DNA of 32,000 nucleotides from Candidatus Heimdallarchaeota archaeon. GTDB lineage: Archaea; Asgardarchaeota; Heimdallarchaeia; JABLTI01. A program made the translations under genes and the position numbers. Below the pieces are notes generated by a model, which worked only from the letters and a program-made list of their open reading frames with translations, ran no database searches and was not told the origin of the DNA. Location of the stretch: contig JAUWKS010000004.1 in assembly GCA_030614005.1 (NCBI GenBank), positions 30,001-62,000 on the forward strand, read 5' to 3'. Of this stretch, positions 18,844-27,535 are shown piece by piece. Every line of letters starts with the position of its first letter. The stretch's first letter is position 1.

Positions 18844-20259
18844 TTATTCTTTTTTAGCTTTTATTGCTTTTTTTGCTTTTACGTCTGTAACAATTCCTAC
18901 AGCGACTGTTTGTCCCATATCACGTGCGGCAAAACGTCCCAATGCGGGGAAGTCTGCGAATTTTTCGCAAATGAATGGTGCAAATGGTTGGAATGTAATC
19001 TCAGCAAAGTCACCTTGTAAGAGGTATATTTTTGGATCATATTCACCTGTGGCTACTAGGGATTTACGTTGTGGTGATTTCTTCAAAACCTTCCAATCAA
19101 CAATTTGGCATGCTTGTGCAGCTTGACCAAGATGGATGATTGGTGCATACCCTTTAGCCATACCAGTTGGTTGTGAAGCTCCAGGTTTGGAGAGGTTCTT
19201 CAATACGAAGGTACGGGCTACAAAGGTTTCAACGATCTTTGGAGCATCTTTGGGATGACCAATGACATCGCCTTTGATGATTTCATTTCGAGCAATACCT
19301 TTTATGTTAAAGCCAACATTATCACCAGGAACTGCTTGTGTAAGTTGTTCGTGATGCATTTCAATGGATTGAACTTTAGCTTTTTGGTTTGAAATTGGGA
19401 AAACAACTTCATCGCCTGGTTTTAAGATACCAGATTCAATTTTCCCTACTGGGACAGTACCTACACCTTTGATTGCATATACATCTTGAACAGGCATTCT
19501 AAGTGGTTTGCCAGTTGGTTTTTCTGGAGCTTTAAATTCATTAATCGCATCCATTAAAGCTAAACCTTTATACCAAGGCATTTTATCGCTTTTGCCAACT
19601 AAACCATCGCCAGTCATTCCACTTGTTGGAACGAATTTGATAGATTCAACACGTTCTTTTGAAACAAGACCGCTTTTAACAAAGCCGTTAAGTAATGCTG
19701 TTATTCTTTCAACAACACCAAGGTAAGCTTTTTCTTCAAACTTTACTAGATCCATTTTATTTACTGCAACAACTATTTGGGTAATACCAAGAGTAATTGC
19801 AAGTGTTAAATGCTCAATTGTTTGACCACCAGGGATTCTTCTATCACCCTTTGGTGTCTTCTCAACTCGCTCTTCAGCAAGACCAGACTCAAGATCGTTC
19901 TTTTCAACAGAAACGACGAGAATTGCAGCATTGGCTTGAGAGGCACCAGTAATCATGTTCTTTACAAAGTCCCTGTGACCAGGGGCATCAATAATTGTAA
20001 AAACGCTACTTTTAGTCTCAAACTTAAAGAAAGAAACATCGATAGTTAAACCTCTTTCGCGTTCTTCTTGGAGCTTTTGTAAGACCCACGCGTATTTCCA
20101 TGAGGGCTTTCCGATTGCCTCTGATTCTTCTGCATACTTCTGGATCAACCTTTCGTCGACTGCCCCTGCTTTATAGAGAGCATGTCCAGTCATTGTACTC
20201 TTGCCATGATCAACATGACCAATGACCACTAAGTTCAAATGGGGTTTATCGTCAGCCAT
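18844..20259 (-). CDS. tuf: Translation elongation factor EF-1alpha, divergent, with several insertions
   Basis: GHVDHGKST, EERERGLTID, DAPGHRDFVKNMITG, NKMD, PLRMPVQDVY..KGVGTVPVG, LGRFAARDMGQTVAVG. 471 aa. GGTG SD upstream. Confidence 0.93.
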   Translation of the reverse strand: MADDKPHLNLVVIGHVDHGKSTMTGHALYKAGAVDERLIQKYAEESEAIGKPSWKYAWVLQKLQEERERGLTIDVSFFKFETKSSVFTIIDAPGHRDFVKNMITGASQANAAILVVSVEKNDLESGLAEERVEKTPKGDRRIPGGQTIEHLTLAITLGITQIVVAVNKMDLVKFEEKAYLGVVERITALLNGFVKSGLVSKERVESIKFVPTSGMTGDGLVGKSDKMPWYKGLALMDAINEFKAPEKPTGKPLRMPVQDVYAIKGVGTVPVGKIESGILKPGDEVVFPISNQKAKVQSIEMHHEQLTQAVPGDNVGFNIKGIARNEIIKGDVIGHPKDAPKIVETFVARTFVLKNLSKPGASQPTGMAKGYAPIIHLGQAAQACQIVDWKVLKKSPQRKSLVATGEYDPKIYLLQGDFAEITFQPFAPFICEKFADFPALGRFAARDMGQTVAVGIVTDVKAKKAIKAKKE

Positions 20260-20380
20260 TATATTACACCTAGGTTTATCTCAAATTCATTTATTTGCAG
20301 TTTTTTCTTACCTTTAAGAATCTTTTGAATAGAATTCAAATTGGTTACTATTTCTGCTGTTTCTTAATTTCTGGTTTTAA

Positions 20381-20647
20381 TTATAAAATTTTTGTTTCTT
20401 TGTAAGGTTTTTCGCCATTTTTAGTCAAGAAATTTAATAATGATGAAGAATATTGTTTACTGACTAGAGAGAGATGGACACTTAGTGTATAAATTTCTTC
20501 AGCAAAGATTTGCTGAATAGTTTTCTCTTTTCCCGAGAAGAAAATTGGAAACGGGCGGGGATTCTTTACCCCCGTCCTTCTCTTTGAAATAATAGCTAGG
20601 AAAAAGTCTAGTTTGTTACTAGAAGTAGTATAAATCACAACATCCAT
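20381..20647 (-). CDS. Hypothetical 88-aa ORF (may be non-coding)
   Basis: Fills the tuf-pspC gap; ATG lies about 20-25 nt downstream of a TTATAAAA element (leaderless geometry). No recognisable family. Confidence 0.25.
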   Translation of the reverse strand: MDVVIYTTSSNKLDFFLAIISKRRTGVKNPRPFPIFFSGKEKTIQQIFAEEIYTLSVHLSLVSKQYSSSLLNFLTKNGEKPYKETKIL

Positions 20648-20722
20648 TTTTTAGTTTGAAAAGGTTTTATAATATGAACACTTAAACAAATCTTAGTCTT
20701 ATATTCAAGGAGAAAATAGTGA

Positions 20723-21082
20723 ATGCCTATATTCTGTCCTAATTGCGAAGCAGCAAACGAAGAATTAGCCCAATATTGTGCAAGTTGCGGTGATGATCTT
20801 TCAAGTGCTAGAGAGAAAAAAACTAAGAAAGGTCAAACTTCAGAACCTAAATTTGATTCAACAGAACCCAAAACAAAGAAAGTACTTTTTCGCTCTCGAA
20901 CTAATAGAATGGTAACGGGATTATCAGCAGGTTTAGCAAAACATCTTGATATGGAAGTTGATGTTGTCAGACTTCTCTGGATTATTGCTTTTGCGGCATC
21001 TGGGGGAGCGGTAATCATAGTTTATTTAATAATGGCAATGGTTACACCCGAAGAACCGGAAATAATTACCGAAGAGAAATAG
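20723..21082 (+). CDS. Zinc-ribbon plus PspC domain membrane protein
   Basis: CPNC...CASCG ribbon; LFRSRTNRMVTGLSAGLAKHL...VRLLW...YLIMAMVTP is the PspC signature. AAGGAG SD and TTTTATAA box upstream. Confidence 0.88.
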   Translation: MPIFCPNCEAANEELAQYCASCGDDLSSAREKKTKKGQTSEPKFDSTEPKTKKVLFRSRTNRMVTGLSAGLAKHLDMEVDVVRLLWIIAFAASGGAVIIVYLIMAMVTPEEPEIITEEK

Positions 21083-21136
21083 GATTAAATTTCCCTTTCT
21101 CTTTTGCAGAACTTTTTAACAAGTTATTTTATTACT

Positions 21137-24025
21137 TCAAAGTTCTCTCATAATTTTTGCTTCTTTCGTTCTTGAGAAGAGAACTCCAGGAATTGCTGAG
21201 CTAATCAGGGAAACGAATAACATAACAAATATTGTTCCGAGCAGCTTCAAAGGTGAAAATACCATTTCCCAAGGTGGGACAAAACTATTGATTGCTATAA
21301 TTGACATAAACATATATGATGCAATCATCCCCAAGAATATTCCAACAGTTGCTCCAACAGTAATGACAGAGAGTGATTCTACAAAGAAATAAGAAAAGAG
21401 TTGCCCTGGAGAGATACCAATAGCTTTCATAATTCCTACTTCATTCGCTCGCTCCAAACTATGTATTACCATCATTAGCGACATAGCAAAGATAAGAATA
21501 AAAACAGATGCAATAAAATTAGAATTTAGAGATCCATATATTACTGCTGCTCTGAGACTACCTGTCGAAATAGTTACTCTTTCATCTACATCTTCAATTC
21601 TTCGTCCAAAAACTTTCTCGCGAATTTCAGTTGCAACTGTTTCAACGATATAATCATCACTTACATCAATAAACAGCTGAGCATAGACATCGGTAGAATC
21701 CAAAGTAAGTGAATAGATTGTTGCTATATTGGTAACTATACCAATTCTGAAATTAGTTGAGCCTTGTTCTGGAACATTCTTGTACAAAGTTGGCCAAAAA
21801 TTATAGAAACCAGTAGTAGTAACGGTATAATTGTGTTCAGCTTTTGAACCACCATACCAATAAGAGTATATTATATTGAAATTTGTTCCTTCAGTTAAAT
21901 CAAATGCTTTAACTTGATCTTTTTGAACTAAAACATTTGCAGAGGACCCCAATACTGGTGGTTGTTCTAAAATCGTTAGTGTTTCCTCTAAATTATTATC
22001 CAAATATTCATCTTCAAAGAAGCCAACATCAGCAAATTCCGAGGTATTTATACCTAATATTGAATAAAAATACGTTATACTTCCTCGTGATAGAGGTGAA
22101 TAAGTTAATCGAGCCACGTATGTTGTGTCTTCAACGCCCTCTATTGCTTCGATATTTGCTCTGAAATCAGGATCATTCATAGATACCCCTGAAATCACAA
22201 TATCAGATCCAATATCATAAGCAGCATTTTCATAATCAAAACTTTGATATGTATCAGGTATAACAATGGAAACTATTGCCATAGTAAACGTAAGTAAAAT
22301 TAGAACCAAAGACCTCATCGACGCGCTTCTTCTTCTACTTAAACTCCTTAATGAAATACTAATCATTTCCAATTTATTAAATTTCCAAGAAATTTTCGAT
22401 AACCAATTAGTTATTATCGGATATAATCGGGAAATGAATAAAACTACTCCAAAAATTACTAGGATTGGTGCTGGTGCACCTAAGACTTGAGCAAAAGCAG
22501 AAGAAACTGCTACATTACGAAGTTGGATAAATGTGATAATCCAAGCAGTTGTGCCTACAATTAGGAAAAATATATCAATATAAAATCGTTCCCAGAAGGG
22601 TTTTTTTGCTTTCCTTTCGCTGAAAGCTTCCTGAGAGCTTATTTTACTTAAATTCCAAATGTTACTGAAATTCACTAGCAACGACCCACCAAAACCTGCT
22701 ACAATAATAATTTCAATAATGAAAGCATATAGTTGCGGTGTTATTGTTTCACCTTGAAAACTTAGAAAAGCATCACTCTTTAAAATTAGAAATGAATAAG
22801 GATAGGCAATAATGAATGATATTATTATTGCTATTATTGTAAAAAGCAAGGTCTCACTAAACAACATAAAAAGAATCTCAAATTGGGAAGATCCTCTTTG
22901 ACCTAACAAAGCAAGTTGGCGTTTTCTACGTTTTTTGACAAGGTTAGTTGAGTATGCTGCTAAAGATAAAGCCATACTTATAATAGGTACCATAAATAAA
23001 AGGGTAAAAATCTTAAAAATTTCAAATTCAGATGCAAAACTTTGAAGGATGACTATTAAATCTAAATCGATATGTACATCATTTGTTAAATCTGTAGTTT
23101 CAAGAGAAGAACGTAATTGTTCTGAAAAAGCGATTAATTTCGATATATCTTCATCAATTCTAAAAGCATTTACTTCGTTCAAATTGAAAAGAATTGACCC
23201 CACATAAGTTTGTTTATCTGGAGCAACCAAGGAAGGCATACCTGTTAAACCAGATGTGAAATACATAACATTTTTATGAAACGTTAATATCATTTCGTCA
23301 TTATCAATAACTGATAATAGATTGCTAATTTTAGTTGTGTCATCTGAAGTATTGTTTAAACTGTTCTGTAAATCGTAGACATTGACAATACCAGTAACAT
23401 TCATTGCTGCTCCACCATCAGGGATTCCTTGTGATACTGCAGCCCAAATATTAGTAAAATCATAAACAACAAATAGGTTTTGTTCACCGATACTGACATT
23501 TGTTGAGGTTAAACGCTCTGGTCGAATAAGGACGATAATTTCATTTGAACTCGAAGGCATTCTTCCACCTTCAATAAGATATGGTTGCAAAATATCAAAA
23601 AACTCTACTGGAACACCAACCATTGAAAGTGGCAAAAGTTCAGTACTATTATTATGATTTCGATCTTCATAAGGAAGAACTACCGCACGACGATTATACC
23701 ATCCTCTATACGATACTCGCCCTTGTAATCCGGAATCACTTATTGAATTATCCACAAGTGAGTTTAAATCAGGAATCAAAGTATCCTCTTGTCCAAAAGA
23801 ATTAATCATATTATTTGGGGTTATTGTTATTTGCTCTTCGGGATGATCAACTACATATTTATTGAAAGCATTGAATTGATAACTATAAAGAAAAATTAAA
23901 CTTGTAGATATAAGGGAAAGGCTTATTCCTAAGCCAATAAAAGCTACTAGAGTATATTTTTTATTAACGAAAATCATTCTGAGAAATAGATTAAGTTTCT
24001 CAAATGCCCTAGATATTAAGCTCAT
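21137..24025 (-). CDS. MacB/FtsX-family ABC transporter permease (two permease repeats)
   Basis: Two repeats of TM, large extracellular domain, three TMs; RKRQLALLGQRG.S..E and ERANEVGIMKAIG.S motifs; ends PG..FSRTK.AKIMR. Confidence 0.9.
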   Translation of the reverse strand: MSLISRAFEKLNLFLRMIFVNKKYTLVAFIGLGISLSLISTSLIFLYSYQFNAFNKYVVDHPEEQITITPNNMINSFGQEDTLIPDLNSLVDNSISDSGLQGRVSYRGWYNRRAVVLPYEDRNHNNSTELLPLSMVGVPVEFFDILQPYLIEGGRMPSSSNEIIVLIRPERLTSTNVSIGEQNLFVVYDFTNIWAAVSQGIPDGGAAMNVTGIVNVYDLQNSLNNTSDDTTKISNLLSVIDNDEMILTFHKNVMYFTSGLTGMPSLVAPDKQTYVGSILFNLNEVNAFRIDEDISKLIAFSEQLRSSLETTDLTNDVHIDLDLIVILQSFASEFEIFKIFTLLFMVPIISMALSLAAYSTNLVKKRRKRQLALLGQRGSSQFEILFMLFSETLLFTIIAIIISFIIAYPYSFLILKSDAFLSFQGETITPQLYAFIIEIIIVAGFGGSLLVNFSNIWNLSKISSQEAFSERKAKKPFWERFYIDIFFLIVGTTAWIITFIQLRNVAVSSAFAQVLGAPAPILVIFGVVLFISRLYPIITNWLSKISWKFNKLEMISISLRSLSRRRSASMRSLVLILLTFTMAIVSIVIPDTYQSFDYENAAYDIGSDIVISGVSMNDPDFRANIEAIEGVEDTTYVARLTYSPLSRGSITYFYSILGINTSEFADVGFFEDEYLDNNLEETLTILEQPPVLGSSANVLVQKDQVKAFDLTEGTNFNIIYSYWYGGSKAEHNYTVTTTGFYNFWPTLYKNVPEQGSTNFRIGIVTNIATIYSLTLDSTDVYAQLFIDVSDDYIVETVATEIREKVFGRRIEDVDERVTISTGSLRAAVIYGSLNSNFIASVFILIFAMSLMMVIHSLERANEVGIMKAIGISPGQLFSYFFVESLSVITVGATVGIFLGMIASYMFMSIIAINSFVPPWEMVFSPLKLLGTIFVMLFVSLISSAIPGVLFSRTKEAKIMREL

Positions 24026-24203
24026 CAGATATACTGCCTCAGCTAAGATTCGGAGAAATCAGTTTTAAGCATTTATACTAATATCATTTTAAAGAATTAG
24101 TTTTTTTAAATATAAAATAGAAAACAAAAATGGATGAATTTTAACGATTTTTTAGCAAATATTAAATTTGAAAGAAAGAAAAGGATATTTGTGGTTCACT
24201 TTT

Positions 24204-26420
24204 ATGACTAACAAAAAAGATTTTTCCAAAATAGGATTTGTTTTTATTGTATTAACGATTTGTGTAAATATTAGTATGGCACAGTTACTTGACTCTGACA
24301 TATTAAATTCAAAACAGCTAAATCCTCAAATTGAACAGAAACGAGAATCTATCAGTGAACCAGTCTTTGCTATTAACTCTGTTGCTGAAATAGAATCCTA
24401 CTTTAGAAATGCCCTTTGGATGCAGGAAAATTTAATCGGTTCAGCAATATCTTCTCCAACTTTATCAGATTTAGATGGAGATGGAGATATGGAAATTATT
24501 ATCTTAACTACAAATAGCATCATCTATATTTTAGATCACGAAGGGAATTTTCTAGAAGGTTGGGGAACACAAGGTATTGTTGGAACTGATGAGCAATTAA
24601 CATCAGATTTAGGTGTCTCACCTTATCCAATTGCTTTAGATCTCAATGATGATGGAGTAAAAGAAATTATTTGTGCAACATACAATCCCGGATCTTTACA
24701 AGCTTGGTTTTTAAATACAACAGCAGTTCCAAATTGGGATATTGTATTAAGCAGTAAAATCACTTCTTCACTCTCTGCAGGGGATATCGATGGTGACGGA
24801 GAGATAGAAATAGTAGTAGGAACTTGGGATAATAATGTTCATGCTTTTGAGCTTAATGGATCAGAAGTAGATGGGTTCCCATATACAGGAGCAACAGATC
24901 AAATCATTGGCACACCAGCTTTAGCTAATCTTGATGGAGATTCTGCATTGGAAATTGTTTTTGGTTCTTACGATAATGCTGTGCACGTCATTGATGGTAA
25001 TGGAATCCCACTACCAGGATGGCCACAAAACACAACATATCATATTAGAGCTTCTCCAGCAGTTACAGATTTGAATAATGATAGTAAGAATGAAATAATT
25101 ATTGGGTCATGGGATAGGAATTTATATATTTATCATCAAAACGGTTCACAATTTGATGAATGGCCCTGGGAGGCTAAAAATGCAATATTAAATAGTGCAA
25201 CAATTGGTGATTTGAATATGGATGGAATTAATGACTTCATAATTCAACCAACAAATGTCACTCTCTTTGCTTTTACCGACGCGAGAAACAACAAGAACAT
25301 CTATTGGAATAACACTCAAAGTGAAGTTATTTACGAAGATGCAATTATTTGCGATATAGATGGAGATTTCATTCCCGAAATTATCGAAGTGACCCCATCT
25401 GGGAAAATATTAATTCTTTCCAATAATGGAACTGAATTGCATAAAGAAGAACTAAGCATAAAAGGAATTGATTCCGCACCAGTAATAGGTGATATTGATC
25501 AAGATGGATTAATTGAAATCATAATTGCTACCCACGGGACAGGGATTAAACGAGATTTTTCAGATGTTTATTGCTATAAGCTAGGTTCATTTGGACTCTT
25601 ACCTTGGCCAAGCTACCGAGGAGGTAATGAACGAATAGGTATAACCTCAGATGCAGATCAAGATGGCCTAAGTGATTTAGAGGAAGAAATTGTTGGAAGC
25701 AATCCCCAAGTGAAGGATACAGACAACGATGGATTGCTTGACGGAGATGAAGTTTACAAATATCGTCTGGACCCAACAGTGAATGACGCAGATTTTGATA
25801 CAGATGGTGATTTGTTAACAAATGTAGATGAAGCAGATATTTATTTTACCGATCCAACAATCAAAGACACAGATGAAGACGGATTAGAAGATGGATATGA
25901 GGTATTAATTTCGGGAACAAACCCAATCAATTCAGATACAGATGAAGATTTCTTACCAGATGGGTTTGAAGTACAATATGAAAATCCGGATCCTTTTGTA
26001 CCAGATACTTATGAGGATCTAGATGAAGATGATTTTACTAATATCGAAGAGTACACTCATAGCACGAATCCAGATATTCCGGATACGGATGGAGATGGTT
26101 TATTAGATGGGGATGAAGTGAAACGGTATTTAACAGATCCACTTGTTCAGGATGCAGATTTGGATTCCGATGGCGATGGGATTTCAAATGTTGATGAAAT
26201 CGATATTTACGGAACAAATCCGATTAATGATGATACGGATGGGGATGGAATAACTGATGATGTGGAAATTAAACGTGGTAGTGATCCAAATGACCCAAAT
26301 AGTAAACCTTTCCCTCTTTGGACCTTAGCGCCTATAATAGGTGGTTCAATAGTAATACTTGCAGTTTCTGGATATTTTATAGGTAAAAATATCTATAAAA
26401 AGAGAAGAGGATTTGTTTAG
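24204..26420 (+). CDS. Secreted, C-terminally anchored surface protein: FG-GAP/VCBS-type propeller plus TSP3-like Ca-binding repeats
   Basis: N-terminal hydrophobic signal; 8 (D/N)(L/I)(D/N)xDxxxE(D)I(F)I(V) repeats; 9 DxDxD repeats; C-terminal TM followed by KKRR. The ORF track starts at TTG 24168; ATG 24204 is the likelier start. Confidence 0.85.
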   Translation: MTNKKDFSKIGFVFIVLTICVNISMAQLLDSDILNSKQLNPQIEQKRESISEPVFAINSVAEIESYFRNALWMQENLIGSAISSPTLSDLDGDGDMEIIILTTNSIIYILDHEGNFLEGWGTQGIVGTDEQLTSDLGVSPYPIALDLNDDGVKEIICATYNPGSLQAWFLNTTAVPNWDIVLSSKITSSLSAGDIDGDGEIEIVVGTWDNNVHAFELNGSEVDGFPYTGATDQIIGTPALANLDGDSALEIVFGSYDNAVHVIDGNGIPLPGWPQNTTYHIRASPAVTDLNNDSKNEIIIGSWDRNLYIYHQNGSQFDEWPWEAKNAILNSATIGDLNMDGINDFIIQPTNVTLFAFTDARNNKNIYWNNTQSEVIYEDAIICDIDGDFIPEIIEVTPSGKILILSNNGTELHKEELSIKGIDSAPVIGDIDQDGLIEIIIATHGTGIKRDFSDVYCYKLGSFGLLPWPSYRGGNERIGITSDADQDGLSDLEEEIVGSNPQVKDTDNDGLLDGDEVYKYRLDPTVNDADFDTDGDLLTNVDEADIYFTDPTIKDTDEDGLEDGYEVLISGTNPINSDTDEDFLPDGFEVQYENPDPFVPDTYEDLDEDDFTNIEEYTHSTNPDIPDTDGDGLLDGDEVKRYLTDPLVQDADLDSDGDGISNVDEIDIYGTNPINDDTDGDGITDDVEIKRGSDPNDPNSKPFPLWTLAPIIGGSIVILAVSGYFIGKNIYKKRRGFV

Positions 26421-26448
26421 ATAGAAAGTTAATTGAAAAGTGACTAAG

Positions 26449-26490
26449 AAAAGAACGAATTCTATCTCGTTTTTTCCTTCTTTCACTATT
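26449..26490 (+). terminator. Possible terminator between the surface-protein gene and the ABC ATPase
   Basis: AAAAGAACGA-ATTCTATC-TCGTTTTTT hairpin followed by a pyrimidine tract. Confidence 0.3.
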
Positions 26491-26562
26491 AATTTTAATT
26501 AGATTATTAGAAATGCTTTTTATTCTAATAACCTCTGATAAAATAGCTGGTAGTGAACTTCG

Positions 26563-27300
26563 TTGACTGAAAAAAATGACTTTATTATTCAGACTAAAGG
26601 ACTGACAAAAGAATACCCTTTTGGTGAAGCAACAATTAAAGCTATTAATGGTATTGATTTTGCTCTTGAGAGAGGAGAATATGCAACGATAGTTGGTCCT
26701 TCAGGAAGTGGAAAAACAACTTTTCTCAATTTAATTGGAACAATTGACAATCCTACATCAGGTGAAATTTTCTTCAATGGAATAAACTTGACTCAAATGC
26801 CAAGTAAAGATATTCGTGAGATTCGTAGAACTAAAATTGGTTTTGTTTTCCAAGCATTTAATTTGCTTGAAATTTTAACAACATCAGAAAATATCGCACT
26901 TCCAATGATTATAAATGGTACTCCAACATATGAAAGAGAAGAGAGAGTACATGAACTTCTTGAAGTCATTGGATTACCAGACAGAGGTGATCATTTTCCA
27001 ATGGAGTTAAGTGGTGGGCAAAGACAAAGAGTAGCAATTGCTCGAGCATTGGCCAATAAACCTGAATTAATCCTTTTAGATGAACCCACAGGTCAATTAG
27101 ATAGTAATACCTCTCGGGAAATTATTGATTATTTAATGAAGATTAATGATGAAGAAGGTGTTACTCTTGTTGTTGTAACACATGAAGATATGATTGCTAA
27201 CGAAGCAAAAAGACCATTGACAATTCTTGATGGGAAAATCTATGAAGGTATTCTTGAATCATTCCTAGATATCAAAGCAATCGAAGAAGGAACGCTTTAA
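26563..27300 (+). CDS. ABC transporter ATP-binding protein (LolD/MacB-type)
   Basis: [49 protein letters not shown] start. Confidence 0.96.
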   Translation: MTEKNDFIIQTKGLTKEYPFGEATIKAINGIDFALERGEYATIVGPSGSGKTTFLNLIGTIDNPTSGEIFFNGINLTQMPSKDIREIRRTKIGFVFQAFNLLEILTTSENIALPMIINGTPTYEREERVHELLEVIGLPDRGDHFPMELSGGQRQRVAIARALANKPELILLDEPTGQLDSNTSREIIDYLMKINDEEGVTLVVVTHEDMIANEAKRPLTILDGKIYEGILESFLDIKAIEEGTL

Positions 27301-27535
27301 TTCCTTTCTTCTTATTTAATTTTGAAATTTTTATGGAAAAGAAGTAAATTTTACTTTTTATGATGTTTTCGTCTTACCTTTAATTTGTAAGAAGAGCAAC
27401 TTATTTATACAATCTCCTTTTCTGTTTTACTTGTTAATTTTTGTTAGACAAACAGAAATTTACAACCTTTGATTTATTGTAAAAGAAAGAAAGTAAGAAA
27501 CTATTTTGTAATAAAAAAATGAAGGGATATATATT

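Noticed and set aside
20618-20647. MDVVIYTTSS resembles a glutaredoxin/NrdH N-terminus
   Set aside because: No CxxC and no further thioredoxin-fold similarity.
26380-26420. Cytoplasmic tail KKRRGFV resembling the integrin alpha KxGFFKR motif
   Set aside because: Residue order differs, and basic residues after a TM helix follow from the positive-inside rule.
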